From IMG/VR virus record IMGVR_UViG_3300042542_005523: a DNA stretch of 64,000 nt; one strand, 5' to 3'. The notes below the pieces were generated by a model, which saw only the letters and a list, made by a program, of their open reading frames with translations, did no database searches and was not told where the DNA came from. Origin of the DNA: a virus (lineage: Duplodnaviria; Caudoviricetes). Within the stretch, counting starts at the first letter, position 1. Each line of letters opens with the position of its first letter. Made by a program: the position numbers and the translations under genes. Positions 42,692 to 53,767 of the stretch are shown here, piece by piece.

Positions 42692-43482
42692 TAACGTGTT
42701 CTTCAATAGGGTACATGGGTAGATTAGCAAACCAAATGTTCCAATTTGCATCCACTGTTGGGATAGCTAGAAAACTTGGATATGATGTGAAATTTCCTGG
42801 TGAAAATTTCATATCAGGAAATCCTCACGATTATAACGGAGGAAAACTGAGAGAGTGTTTTAATATAGACGATAAGTATTTTGCTCCCTCCCATTTAATA
42901 TCGAAAGAAATTTTGTACTCTTATAAAGAATCTTCATTTAATTTCAATCCGGATACTTTAGGGCTTCCTGATAGAACAGATCTTCATGGGTATTTTCAAA
43001 ACGAGAGGTATTTCTCTCATTGCTCAGAAGAGGTCCTAGAATGCTTTACCTTTAAAAAGAATACGATAGAAAACACACCGCACGTGGAGCCAAATTCAGT
43101 CTCTGTTCATGTCAGAAGAGGCGACTATTTGAATTCACCTGGTCACCACCCGACTCAAACTCCTGAGTATTATAATAAAGCAATCGAAATATCCGGAAAG
43201 AAAAACATTTACATTTTTTCGGAAGATCTCAATTGGTGCAGGGATAATATAAATAAAAATGACAATAATTTATTTTTTGTTAATGAAAATGATCCCTTTG
43301 TATCTATGAGAATGATGAGTTTATGCGAGGATAATATAATATCAAATAGCTCATACGGCTGGTGGGGGGCTTGGCTTAATCTTAATCCCCATAAAAAAGT
43401 AATCGGACCGATTTCATGGTTTGGCCCGCTGCTACCTAATGACACAAGCGATGTTCTACCTCCCAACTGGATAAAAATATAA
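42688..43482 (+). CDS. GT11 alpha-1,2-fucosyltransferase
   Basis: GRLANQMFQFA, SVHVRRGDY, SNSSYGWWGAWL. Confidence 0.92.
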   Translation: MITCSSIGYMGRLANQMFQFASTVGIARKLGYDVKFPGENFISGNPHDYNGGKLRECFNIDDKYFAPSHLISKEILYSYKESSFNFNPDTLGLPDRTDLHGYFQNERYFSHCSEEVLECFTFKKNTIENTPHVEPNSVSVHVRRGDYLNSPGHHPTQTPEYYNKAIEISGKKNIYIFSEDLNWCRDNINKNDNNLFFVNENDPFVSMRMMSLCEDNIISNSSYGWWGAWLNLNPHKKVIGPISWFGPLLPNDTSDVLPPNWIKI

Positions 43483-43484
43483 GT

Positions 43485-44180
43485 ATGAATATTAACATAG
43501 ATGTGCTACTCCCCGTTTATAACGATGAAAAATATATAGGATTTTGTTTGGATAGCATAAAGGGCCAGACATATCGCAATTTCAGATGTCTCATAGGATT
43601 TAATGGAACCTATGATAAAAGCAAAGATATAGCTAGAGAAAAAATAGGGAACGATCCAAGGTTTATTATTTTTGATTACGGTCACGTTAGTGGGAAATCT
43701 ATAACGCTAAATAAACTTTTGAAAGAAGCTGAATCTGAATATATCTGTCTAATCGACGGGGATGACTGCTGGGCTCCGAATAAATTAGAAAGACAGATTC
43801 CTCATATTAATAAATATGATGTAATAGGATCATTATGTAATTACGTGGACGAACACAATAACATAACATCGACCATAAGGCTACCTGAATTTGACATGGG
43901 TATAAAGATTTGGATAGAATCAATAAAAAACCCAATAGTGAATCAGTCTTGCCTGTTTAAAAAGAATGACATAATTGAAGCAGGCGGGTGGAGATCTGAT
44001 AAAGAAACTATAGAAGATTTTGATATGTGGATAAGGCTATCGAGAAGCGGAAAAACCTTCTATAATATACAGGAACCCTTAGTTTATCATAGGATACATA
44101 ATAATAGTAATTTTAATGCAAATCCAGAGCAAGGAACTATACTAAAGGAAGCTATAATAAGAACACACTTTAAAAATTAA
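43485..44180 (+). CDS. GT2 family glycosyltransferase
   Basis: VLLPVYN, LIDGDD, EDFDMWIRL. Confidence 0.9.
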   Translation: MNINIDVLLPVYNDEKYIGFCLDSIKGQTYRNFRCLIGFNGTYDKSKDIAREKIGNDPRFIIFDYGHVSGKSITLNKLLKEAESEYICLIDGDDCWAPNKLERQIPHINKYDVIGSLCNYVDEHNNITSTIRLPEFDMGIKIWIESIKNPIVNQSCLFKKNDIIEAGGWRSDKETIEDFDMWIRLSRSGKTFYNIQEPLVYHRIHNNSNFNANPEQGTILKEAIIRTHFKN

Positions 44181-44193
44181 ATATAATAAAAAT

Positions 44194-44829
44194 ATGTTAA
44201 TAAAATTTGAAAATCTAGTAAAAAAATACGGAACACCAAGAGGTATAATACACTTAGGCGCTCATTTAGCTGAAGAACTGGGGGATTATATTCAGCACAA
44301 CCAAAGAAATGTAGTATGGATAGAGGCAAATCCAGATTTATTCGAGGATCTTGATAAAATAGCGAAAGATGCAGGACACCTAGCTTTTTGCGAACTTCTA
44401 TCGGACGAAGATGGTACTGAGATGAAATTCAATATAGCCAAGAATAATTATAACGGAAATTACCAGTCTTCTTCTGTTTTAGATTTCGGAACACACGCTA
44501 TCCACCACCCGAATGTAGTAATGGAGAGGAGTATAAATCTTAGATCTAAAAGAATAAGCACTATCTTCAATGAAAACGATCTTAATTTCGACGACTATAA
44601 TTTCGTAAATATAGATTTACAGGGATACGAGCTCCCGGCTATAAAAGGTTTTGGGAATTCCATATCCAAAATGGATTACATATACACGGAGGTGAACACT
44701 GGTGAGGTTTATAAGGGATGTACAAAAATAGATGAACTTGATGCTTATCTAGGTGAGTATGGTTTTACAAGAGTGGAAATTGAAATGACCGATGCTGAAT
44801 GGGGTGATGCTTTTTATATAAAAAAGTAA
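44194..44829 (+). CDS. FkbM family methyltransferase
   Basis: IIHLGAHLAEE, NIDLQGYEL, IYTEVN. Confidence 0.88.
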   Translation: MLIKFENLVKKYGTPRGIIHLGAHLAEELGDYIQHNQRNVVWIEANPDLFEDLDKIAKDAGHLAFCELLSDEDGTEMKFNIAKNNYNGNYQSSSVLDFGTHAIHHPNVVMERSINLRSKRISTIFNENDLNFDDYNFVNIDLQGYELPAIKGFGNSISKMDYIYTEVNTGEVYKGCTKIDELDAYLGEYGFTRVEIEMTDAEWGDAFYIKK

Positions 44830-44840
44830 ATGCTAAACAT

Positions 44841-45674
44841 ATGAAGTTTTTTTTTGAGGGTCCATGTCACCATAAAAATACGATAGGATTAAACCTTATG
44901 ATAAACGAGGGAATGGATGTAGACCTATCCTATTCGGCAAGTAAAGAATATGACTGGATAGTTAATTTTAGCGAATTTAAAACTTACAGCGGACATAAGG
45001 GAGGAGTCATTTACGGTCCTCAAATTATGTTTCCCACTATACCAGCATCATCCATACCTAACGTTCACGGTAAAACGTACTGTAACCTTCTTTCTGATTG
45101 GCTAGTAAATCTAAATTCTGACATAAATCCAGATATAAAATCCATAGCTTTACCCTTTGCAGTTGAGGTAAACAAATTCGTACCCTCTGAGAAAAAGGGA
45201 AACCCCGTGATATATTTTAAACACGTAAAAGAGGATAGACTTCAATCAGTGATAAGTAAATTGGGTAACGAATTTATAGTAATTAGGTACGGGAGCTATT
45301 CCGAGGATCACTATTTAAAATCGATAGCTGAAGCACCATATGTCATATGGATCGGATGCCACGAAAGCCAGGGATTTGCATTCCAGGAGGCATTAAGTTG
45401 TAACACGCCTATATTTGTTATAAACGTAAGATCTCTGAGAGATGAAATTGGCTCAGGTTGGCTTAATTTTATGCCCGATCGTGAATTAAGAGCTACGTCT
45501 GCTTCTTATTTTGACGAAAGATGCGGTCTCATATCTTACTTTGAAACATGGGAGAATGACATCGATAATTTTTTATCCAATATTCATAACTATTCGCCAA
45601 GGAAATTCATTATGGAAACCCTTTCCCCCCGTGCATGCCTCGATACATGGGTTAATAAATTAAGTAAGCTGTAA
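44841..45674 (+). CDS. Putative glycosyltransferase
   Basis: ESQGFAFQEALSCNTPIFV resembles the GT-B C-terminal motif. Confidence 0.6.
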   Translation: MKFFFEGPCHHKNTIGLNLMINEGMDVDLSYSASKEYDWIVNFSEFKTYSGHKGGVIYGPQIMFPTIPASSIPNVHGKTYCNLLSDWLVNLNSDINPDIKSIALPFAVEVNKFVPSEKKGNPVIYFKHVKEDRLQSVISKLGNEFIVIRYGSYSEDHYLKSIAEAPYVIWIGCHESQGFAFQEALSCNTPIFVINVRSLRDEIGSGWLNFMPDRELRATSASYFDERCGLISYFETWENDIDNFLSNIHNYSPRKFIMETLSPRACLDTWVNKLSKL

Positions 45675-45688
45675 AAATAAAACATAAA

Positions 45689-45967
45689 ATGAAAACTCTA
45701 GACGAAATAGGACTTAATTATTATACGGATAAAGCTTCGTATCATCATAAATATCTGGATTATTACGACACTAATCTTTCCGCCAAAAGGAACAATGAAA
45801 ATAACATACTAGAAATAGGTATACTTTTTGGACAATCTACCAAAATGTTCAAGGAATATTTCACCAATAGCAAGATTTATTCTTTCGATATCGAGGATAA
45901 AAGAAATCTCGCGGAAGATAGAATAGAAATTTTATACTCGAAACACTATCTCCTAGAGCTTGTATAA
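45689..45967 (+). pseudogene. Truncated class I SAM methyltransferase
   Basis: TDKASYHHKYLDYY...ILEIGI...IYSFDIE then stops at 92 aa, before the rest of the Rossmann fold. Confidence 0.55.
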
Positions 45968-45971
45968 ATAA

Positions 45972-46649
45972 ATGGATAAAAACATTAGAATGATTTTGGT
46001 AGAACTTAGATCCTCTATATTTCCTCCTGAATCTGTTGATTTCCCTATAAATTCACACGGGGATAGAATAGATCAGATTGAATCTGGAATAATTAATTTT
46101 GTTGAAAAATTAGGGGAAATATCTAAAAAAGATAATATAGATCTATATTTTTCGGATAATACGATAATTGATGATTTTCATATACCGGAAAAAATATCAA
46201 AATTGCTAAAGCTAAATTTTATAAACACTTCGTGTAAAATAAAAAATGATTTTGGGCCAAAAAATAAAGGGGCAGGATTAATTGAAATGTGGTTATCCAA
46301 TATAGAAATAATAGAAAAATATAAATGGATAATCTATTTTGAGCCTAGAACTTTATTGAAGGATAAATTCTTTATAGAAGAATGTTTAGAATTTCCGGAT
46401 AATCGTTTTAAAGTTTTAAATGAAAATGGAAATCTTCATTTTTACACTGGATTATTTATGATAGAATCTAAAATACTAATAGAATTCTGTAGATCAGTAG
46501 ATATCAATGATATGATAAATAAAAAAATTTGCATAGAAAACTCTCTTAAAGATTTTATGGATACTAGATATCCTAACTATTCAAAATACGAAAATAAATT
46601 AAATATAATTTGGCATGACGTTACACAAAATAGATTTATCGAATTTTGA
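45972..46649 (+). CDS. Hypothetical protein (glycan cluster)
   Basis: 225-aa ORF. Confidence 0.65.
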   Translation: MDKNIRMILVELRSSIFPPESVDFPINSHGDRIDQIESGIINFVEKLGEISKKDNIDLYFSDNTIIDDFHIPEKISKLLKLNFINTSCKIKNDFGPKNKGAGLIEMWLSNIEIIEKYKWIIYFEPRTLLKDKFFIEECLEFPDNRFKVLNENGNLHFYTGLFMIESKILIEFCRSVDINDMINKKICIENSLKDFMDTRYPNYSKYENKLNIIWHDVTQNRFIEF

Positions 46650-47202
46650 TAATAATTTTAAAGGAAGAAGCTCCTATATAAATGAAAAATTTTCTAAAGT
46701 ACTACGAACAATATGTCTGATGAAGAGGCCAAAAAAAATAGTAGAGTTTGGTATACTCGATGGGTACTCACTGGATTGTTTTCTAGAATCCACGGATGAC
46801 GATTGCGAAATACTGGCATATGACCTCTTTGAGGAATTTCCTTATAATTCTGCAAAGTTTGATTCAATGGAAAAAAAGTATGACCAAACAAGAGCTTCGA
46901 TAAGGAGAGGCAATCTATTCGAAGCACATAATATATTTGAGAGCGAATCGGTAGATATAATACATATAGATATAGCTAATGATGGAGATGTTTATGATTA
47001 TTGTATCAATAATCTAATGTCCAAAATTAGCGATTCAGGCGTTATGATACTAGAGGGAGGAAGTAAGGAGAGAGATGATATAGAATGGATGATAAAATAT
47101 AATAAACCCAAAATTAGGGAAGTTTTATATAGATACGAAACTGAATATAGAATAAATGTTTTTACCGAATTTCCATCATTAACAATAATCACTAAAAAAT
47201 AA
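46615..47202 (+). CDS. Class I SAM-dependent methyltransferase
   Basis: IVEFGILDGYS, YDLFE, DIIHIDI. Confidence 0.75.
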   Translation: MTLHKIDLSNFDNNFKGRSSYINEKFSKVLRTICLMKRPKKIVEFGILDGYSLDCFLESTDDDCEILAYDLFEEFPYNSAKFDSMEKKYDQTRASIRRGNLFEAHNIFESESVDIIHIDIANDGDVYDYCINNLMSKISDSGVMILEGGSKERDDIEWMIKYNKPKIREVLYRYETEYRINVFTEFPSLTIITKK

Positions 47203-47205
47203 AAT

Positions 47206-48402
47206 ATGGAAAAACCAAACAATATGATACCACTATTTAAGGTATTTATGGACAACAAAGCGGGAGAAGAGGTTAATAAAATTTTAAATTCCGGATTTAT
47301 CGGCCAAGGTAAAAAGGTAGAAGAATTTGAGGCTTTACTTAAAAATTATTTCAGAAACTATCTAGTACTAACAACTAATGCTGCGACCTCAGCAGAGCAT
47401 TTAGCTCTACATATGCTAAGAAATCCATCAACTAATAACGTTTCGGTTGATGGTGTTGCACATTATCAATCAAGCTGGCCAGGAATAAACCCAGGAGATG
47501 AGATATTAACTACCCCCTTGACATGCACAGCAACCAATTGGCCAATCCTTGCTAATGGATTTAAGATAAAATGGGTGGATGTAGATCCTAATACATGTAA
47601 CATGGATTTAGATGACTTAGCAAGAAAGATAACACCAAAGACTAAAGCTATAATGGTAGTTCACTGGGGAGGATATCCGGTAGATCTTGATAAATTGAAA
47701 GATATACAAAATAAAGCTAGCAAAATAATAGGGTTTAAACCGGCTATAATAGAGGACTGTGCACACGCATTTGGAAGCTCGTATAAGGGTAAAAAAATAG
47801 GTAACCATGGTAACATATGTACATTCAGTTTTCAAGCAATTAAACATCTTACAACAGGAGACGGCGGAGCTTTAGTGGTTCCCCATAAAGACCTGTATGA
47901 CAGAGGAAAACTACTAAGATGGTATGGAATTGACAGGGAAACCAATAGTAAAGATTTCAGATGTGAGGATGACATTAAGGAATGGGGCTATAAATTTCAT
48001 ATGAATGATATAAATGCAACCATAGGGATTAATAATTTCAACAAGGTGACGGAGGAGCTGATAAACATAAATATAGAAAATGCTAATTTCTATAATGATA
48101 AACTATCGGGCTTAAAAGACGTCGAACTTATGGAGGTATCGGAGGATAAAAAATCATCGTATTGGATATACACGATCAAAGTAAAAAATAGGGACAGATT
48201 CATGGACCATATGAGGGATTGCAACATAATGGTCAGCAGAGTTCATGAGAGAAATGACAAGCATACGTGCGTGGCAGAATATAAATCAATTCTTCCGAAT
48301 TTAGAAAAACTAACCGAAGAAATGATCTGCATTCCCTGCGGATGGTGGGTATCTAAGGAGGACAGAGAATATATCGTAGAATGCATAAAAAAAGGATGGT
48401 AA
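47206..48402 (+). CDS. DegT/DnrJ/EryC1/StrS PLP aminotransferase
   Basis: IIEDCAHAFG, TFSFQAIKHLTTGDGG, GYKFHM. Confidence 0.93.
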   Translation: MEKPNNMIPLFKVFMDNKAGEEVNKILNSGFIGQGKKVEEFEALLKNYFRNYLVLTTNAATSAEHLALHMLRNPSTNNVSVDGVAHYQSSWPGINPGDEILTTPLTCTATNWPILANGFKIKWVDVDPNTCNMDLDDLARKITPKTKAIMVVHWGGYPVDLDKLKDIQNKASKIIGFKPAIIEDCAHAFGSSYKGKKIGNHGNICTFSFQAIKHLTTGDGGALVVPHKDLYDRGKLLRWYGIDRETNSKDFRCEDDIKEWGYKFHMNDINATIGINNFNKVTEELININIENANFYNDKLSGLKDVELMEVSEDKKSSYWIYTIKVKNRDRFMDHMRDCNIMVSRVHERNDKHTCVAEYKSILPNLEKLTEEMICIPCGWWVSKEDREYIVECIKKGW

Positions 48403-49163
48403 TGGAAAGAAACTGTAAAGTTATAGCTACATACTTTGGTCCAAGAAGATATTTCCCTAGGGATGCCAAAGATACGATCAATCTAATCAGAGAGGTTGTA
48501 GATACAGAGATCAATGTAGATCCGGGTGTTGATCTGGACGTAATTCTAGTTAATCATGATTTCGGAAATAGCGAGGTTACTAATTTTTTAGATTCACTAA
48601 ACGGGACTAAATTAAATAGGGGTAACCTAATTATAATAAACAGGCCATGGGAGAATGGCACAGGAATGAGCTATTCATCTTATAATTATGCATTTGAAAA
48701 ATACAGAAACGAGTATGATTATTGGTTTTTTACTGAGGATGATGTGATAACAATCCTACCCGATTATTATAAAATAGCAAAAGATCAGTTATTATCGGAT
48801 GCGATGAATGCTTTTATAGGATGTCATCGATGCATATCGGAGGATTCAGTACCCGTGCATGCTCATTCGGGATGTGGTTTAACTAGCAAGGAGTTCATAG
48901 AAAAGGCTATAATAAATAACAATGGTACCCTTCCATATTCTAAGCTACCTATGCCATCTGAGGTTTCAGATCTTGTTGTAAATATGGATAGGGATAGATT
49001 TTTAGCATCAATAGCTCTAAAAGAATGGTATAGATCGGCAGAAATTGAAGGTGAAGTTGCATTCACAAACATCTATAATAGAATGGGATTCAATATAAAA
49101 AATATAGAAACAGATAACCCAGTGGTAAAGGTTTATCAACAAGACAATCCATATTATTTATAA
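48381..49163 (+). CDS. Hypothetical glycosyltransferase-like protein
   Basis: YWFFTEDDV motif; cluster context. Confidence 0.5.
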   Translation: MHKKRMVMERNCKVIATYFGPRRYFPRDAKDTINLIREVVDTEINVDPGVDLDVILVNHDFGNSEVTNFLDSLNGTKLNRGNLIIINRPWENGTGMSYSSYNYAFEKYRNEYDYWFFTEDDVITILPDYYKIAKDQLLSDAMNAFIGCHRCISEDSVPVHAHSGCGLTSKEFIEKAIINNNGTLPYSKLPMPSEVSDLVVNMDRDRFLASIALKEWYRSAEIEGEVAFTNIYNRMGFNIKNIETDNPVVKVYQQDNPYYL

Positions 49164-49783
49164 TGGGAACTGCCAAATATAATTCAGGATTAAAAAAATA
49201 TAAAGATCTCCATAGAGGTTCCGAATTTGTATTAATCGCTACTGGTCCAACTTTAAATAAATTTCATAAATTCGATGAATATGAAAAAACAATAAAAGTT
49301 GGTGTTAATAAGATTTATGACAATCCAATAATAAATGATCTTGATTACTATTTCTTCGGTAGCGACTATTATCTTAATAGTGAGCATCGAGAAAAAATAG
49401 AAAAATTAAGTCCCGATATTAACAAGTTTTCATCAGTCTACAGAGACGGCAGTGAAACCGGTCTTGGAAATATAAATAGAAGCGATTCGGATAGATTAAA
49501 TTGTACACCCTTTGAATGCTGCTTGGATAGATTTCCCGACGATCAGGCAGATGACAAATTACTAGGTCATAGCATAATATTCCCAGCTATTCAAATTATT
49601 CTATATATGGGAGCATCCAAAGTATACCTAGTTGGATGTGATCTAAACGAGCATGCATCAGAATTACCACATTGGTGGAATGAATTCAAAAAATGGAAAG
49701 ATTATAAATATCCGCATGTGGGGATATCAGTAATAAACGCTATTGGATTAAGCGGAATATTTGATGGGTATACAGAAATATAA
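49163..49783 (+). CDS. DUF115/Maf-like (nonulosonate transferase-related) protein
   Basis: LIATGPTL, VGVN, AIQIILYMGASKVYLVGCD. Confidence 0.6.
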   Translation: MGTAKYNSGLKKYKDLHRGSEFVLIATGPTLNKFHKFDEYEKTIKVGVNKIYDNPIINDLDYYFFGSDYYLNSEHREKIEKLSPDINKFSSVYRDGSETGLGNINRSDSDRLNCTPFECCLDRFPDDQADDKLLGHSIIFPAIQIILYMGASKVYLVGCDLNEHASELPHWWNEFKKWKDYKYPHVGISVINAIGLSGIFDGYTEI

Positions 49784-51032
49784 AAAAATACTATCCGATC
49801 TTTTTTTAATGGATAGAAATATAGTTTCCGATGGGAATTTAGAAGCTCTCAACTATATTAAGAATTATTATAAAGATCTAGAAATATATAAATTCAAATC
49901 AGGATCTGAATTCTATGATTGGAAGGTTCCTAAATCATGGAAACTAAATAGTGCCTCTATAAAAAATTCCAACGGGCAAACCATACTAACTCATAACACA
50001 TCGCCAATGTCGGTGGTCTTTTGTTCGTCACCAATAAAGTCTACTATAAGCGGAATAGATCTTATTGAAAGTCTGCATACAAACGAATTCATTCCCGAAG
50101 CTGTACCATATAGACAAAGCACATATGATAATAAATGGGGATTTTGTGTAGATCACGAATTTAAAAAATCCATATTGCCAGACGAAATATATTCGGTTGA
50201 AATAGACTCAGAATTTTCAGACGGAGAGCTACTTGCTGGCGAGTTAAAAATAAAGGGTGAATCCGATAGAGAAATAATACTAACATCCTATATGTGTCAT
50301 CCCAGACAAGCACACGATGGACTTTCTGGAGTAGTTATGTTATTAAGATTATACGATTTTCTAAATACAAGAAATAATAAATTCACTTACAGATTCCTGA
50401 TGTTTCCTGAAACGATAGGAAGCATATGCCTTCTTGGCAGCAAAAAAATAATACCAGATAATATTGAATATACCCTGGTATCCACCTGCTTAGGTAAGAT
50501 TTCAAATCGACCAGTATATAAAAGTACATTCTTAAATAACCATTCCATAGATAATCTAATCAATCATTTATTCGGAAATTCTGTTGACATAAGAAAATAT
50601 TATCCCTTCGGAAGCGACGAAAGACAATTAAGCAGTCCGGGGATAGAAATACCATCCGCTATTATAATGGGTAATCCTTTTGGTGAATTTAATGAATATC
50701 ACACAGATAAGGATAATCTTGAATTTATGGATTGGGATGATTTTGAAGTCCTCTTTAATATCTATGCGTCCACTATAACAGAATATGAAAAATACAAAAA
50801 GCCAATATATCTATTAAACGGGTGCGAGCCAATGTTGGGTAAAAGAAATCTATATTCAGTAATAGGTAACTCTAAGCACACTAGCGAATCGATAATAAGG
50901 AATTGGATATTACATCTAGCAAACGGTAAGAATAATACAATGGACATCTCGATAAAATCCGGATTTGAAATAGATCTAATAGATCAATATTGTGACGAAT
51001 TGGTTGAACATGGAATAATAAAGCTCATATAG
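49761..51032 (+). CDS. DUF4910 aminopeptidase-like polysaccharide biosynthesis protein with C-terminal HTH
   Basis: DWKVPKSW, SYMCHP, FPETIGSI, GSDERQ, EYHTDKDN. Confidence 0.85.
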   Translation: MMGIQKYKKILSDLFLMDRNIVSDGNLEALNYIKNYYKDLEIYKFKSGSEFYDWKVPKSWKLNSASIKNSNGQTILTHNTSPMSVVFCSSPIKSTISGIDLIESLHTNEFIPEAVPYRQSTYDNKWGFCVDHEFKKSILPDEIYSVEIDSEFSDGELLAGELKIKGESDREIILTSYMCHPRQAHDGLSGVVMLLRLYDFLNTRNNKFTYRFLMFPETIGSICLLGSKKIIPDNIEYTLVSTCLGKISNRPVYKSTFLNNHSIDNLINHLFGNSVDIRKYYPFGSDERQLSSPGIEIPSAIIMGNPFGEFNEYHTDKDNLEFMDWDDFEVLFNIYASTITEYEKYKKPIYLLNGCEPMLGKRNLYSVIGNSKHTSESIIRNWILHLANGKNNTMDISIKSGFEIDLIDQYCDELVEHGIIKLI

Positions 51033-51782
51033 ATGAAACTGGGAATAATAATACAGGCAAGACTTGGATCTACAAGATTGCCAGATAAAATAATATTGGA
51101 TTTCGATAAAGGTGAATCCGTAATGGATATAATAATAGGAAAAATAAAGTCCAGATTTTCACAATATCCCATAATATTAGCAACGGGAGATTCTCCGAAA
51201 AATTCCAAGTTAATCGAATTTTCATCCAAGCATAATATACATTTTTTCATGGGGAGTGAGAATAATGTACTGTCCAGATTTATAGAAGCAGCTGAGCTTT
51301 ATGATTTAACTCATGTGATTAGAATATGTTCAGATAACCCATTTATAGACATGGATCTATTGGATGAACTATTATCAATTCCGGATAAATTTTCATATGA
51401 TTATATAAGTTTCAAAAATGATGACGGGGTACCAGTAATAAAATCACACTTCGGATTATTTGCTGAATTTGTATCAGTATCGGGACTAAGGAAAGCGATG
51501 TCTACGGAAGGAAATAATTCACATTACATAGAACACGTTACGAATTATCTATACGAGAACCCTGCCGAATTCGGATTAAAACTAATCGATCTACCTAAAG
51601 TAATTTCGGGTAGACATGACATTAGATTGACCCTCGATACACAGCGAGATTTTAATATATTATCGGATCTTTACACGAAAACTAAAAATATGAATCTAGA
51701 TTACATTATTGGTTTTATCGACGAAAATAATGATCAATATATAGATGAGATGCTTATTAACATTAAAAATAATAGCAAATGA
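51033..51782 (+). CDS. SpsF/KdsB-type cytidylyltransferase
   Basis: IIQARLGSTRLPDK, GSENNVLSRF, RICSDNPF, RLTLDT. Confidence 0.88.
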   Translation: MKLGIIIQARLGSTRLPDKIILDFDKGESVMDIIIGKIKSRFSQYPIILATGDSPKNSKLIEFSSKHNIHFFMGSENNVLSRFIEAAELYDLTHVIRICSDNPFIDMDLLDELLSIPDKFSYDYISFKNDDGVPVIKSHFGLFAEFVSVSGLRKAMSTEGNNSHYIEHVTNYLYENPAEFGLKLIDLPKVISGRHDIRLTLDTQRDFNILSDLYTKTKNMNLDYIIGFIDENNDQYIDEMLINIKNNSK

Positions 51783-52819
51783 CATACATCATAGGAGAAA
51801 TTGGACAGAACCACAATGGATCAGTGGATATTGCAAAATTGATAGTTGATGCAGCAATAAGACCGGTAAAGGAGATAGATTTTAATTTAGATCTAAAACC
51901 ATTTAATGCTATAAAATTAACAAAGAGGGATCTTGATTTTGAATTATCCAAGGATCAGATGGAGCTACCATATATTGGAGTAAATTCTTTCGGTAGAACC
52001 TACAGAGAACATCGGGAATTTCTGGAGCTAAATGACGAGGAGCATTTTGAGATTTATAAATATGCAAAAGAGAAAGGACTTGATTTTATAGAAACCTTAT
52101 GCTCACCAACTTGTCTATCCCTATTAAATCTCTTCATCCCAGATAAACTTAAGGTTGCAAGCAGGGATCTGACAAATATACCTTTGCTCGAGAGATTAGC
52201 AGAAACTAAAATACCCATCATATTATCCACGGGTATGGCTGGACAATCTGAGCTTGATTCCGCATTGGATGTAATATCGAAGCATCATGAAAATGTGTCA
52301 ATACTACATTGTGTTTCTCAATACCCTACGCATCCGGATAATGCCAATCTGAATACTATAAGATATTTGATTAAAAAATATCCACAATTCGATATTGGGT
52401 ATTCCGATCATACCATAGGTATTTCTGCACCGGTAATTGCTGTTGGTATGGGTGCTAAAATAATAGAAAAACATATCACCCTAGATAGAAGCATGAAGGG
52501 TACTGATCAAGCGGGATCCCTTGGGATAGATGGTATGAATAGAATGGTTAGAGATATAAGAATAGCGGAAAAATTTCTTGGCAAAGAAAGCATATTCGTG
52601 GACGATTCGACACAATCCGCTAAAATAAAACTGGAAAGATCCATAGCAGCAAAACATGACATAAAAGCTGGTAATATTATATTTGAATCAGATATAATTA
52701 TGTTAAGTCCAGGTGATGGACTTAAATGGAAGGACCGGGATCTTATTGTAGGTAAAATTGCTAAATCTGATATAGATGAACATCAAATAATATATTCTAA
52801 TCTATTGGAAAATGCTTAA
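51779..52819 (+). CDS. NeuB/SpsE family nonulosonic acid synthase with SAF domain
   Basis: IIGEIGQNHNG, LHCVSQYP, GYSDHT, IIEKHITLD. Confidence 0.92.
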   Translation: MTYIIGEIGQNHNGSVDIAKLIVDAAIRPVKEIDFNLDLKPFNAIKLTKRDLDFELSKDQMELPYIGVNSFGRTYREHREFLELNDEEHFEIYKYAKEKGLDFIETLCSPTCLSLLNLFIPDKLKVASRDLTNIPLLERLAETKIPIILSTGMAGQSELDSALDVISKHHENVSILHCVSQYPTHPDNANLNTIRYLIKKYPQFDIGYSDHTIGISAPVIAVGMGAKIIEKHITLDRSMKGTDQAGSLGIDGMNRMVRDIRIAEKFLGKESIFVDDSTQSAKIKLERSIAAKHDIKAGNIIFESDIIMLSPGDGLKWKDRDLIVGKIAKSDIDEHQIIYSNLLENA

Positions 52820-52876
52820 TATAAAAATTAGTAATTACAGATATAGACGGAGTATGGACGGACGGCGGAATGTATT

Positions 52877-53767
52877 ATGATAATACAGGAAATGAATCCA
52901 ATTAAATCGGCGGAAAAAATTAAAGTGATCTTTAACTGCTCAATATTCGAATTCCATAAGGACTACTGTTATAACATAGCAAAAGAATTAACTAACAGAG
53001 GACATATAGCAATCATAGAGGAGGATAGAAATGCATTTCATGCTGATGCAGACTTTACAATACAACCCGATGAAGCATGCTTAAGAATGGGTGGTAAGGG
53101 TATCTGGATAAATCACGCATTTCCTTTCGTGCCGCAGAATGAATTTTATTCATCAACAGAATTTATGGATGAGCTAAATAGAAACTCTGATTACATATTT
53201 ACTTTTTCCGACGAATGGGTCGAAAATCAAAAACATTACGGACTTCCGATATTTAATGTGGGAATGCCAAAATTGGACAATTTCTCCAGGATTCAAACCG
53301 ATGTGTTTAATATTCTGTATGTTCCTACGTGGAACGAAGAGCTTACAAGTTCAAGAGTAATAGATATCGAAATGCTAAAGACCAAAGGTAACCTCATTTA
53401 TAGGGGTCACCCAGCATTTAACACCAGTGAAATTCCACTAATGGAAGCTTTATCAATAGCTGATGTTGTGATAACAGATTATTCTTCGGTTGGATTAGAA
53501 TCGATAGTGCTGGATATACCAACAATATTTTACACTAATGAAAGATATGGTTCAGTTGGTGATCATATATCAAATAAAGCGATGGAAGCTGGTATCTGCG
53601 TTAGTGACGATGTTGCATTGGAAGTAGCAATAGAAACATACCGAAACAATCCATCATTTTTATCTATAGAAAGAGAGAAGTATTCAAAAATACTAGCATC
53701 AAATTTGGGGGAATCATCAATATGCTTTGTCAATACCCTAGAAAAAATAAAATCAGAATGCATATGA
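52877..53767 (+). CDS. CDP-glycerol glycerophosphotransferase (TagF-like) family protein
   Basis: [24 protein letters not shown]. Confidence 0.78.
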   Translation: MIIQEMNPIKSAEKIKVIFNCSIFEFHKDYCYNIAKELTNRGHIAIIEEDRNAFHADADFTIQPDEACLRMGGKGIWINHAFPFVPQNEFYSSTEFMDELNRNSDYIFTFSDEWVENQKHYGLPIFNVGMPKLDNFSRIQTDVFNILYVPTWNEELTSSRVIDIEMLKTKGNLIYRGHPAFNTSEIPLMEALSIADVVITDYSSVGLESIVLDIPTIFYTNERYGSVGDHISNKAMEAGICVSDDVALEVAIETYRNNPSFLSIEREKYSKILASNLGESSICFVNTLEKIKSECI

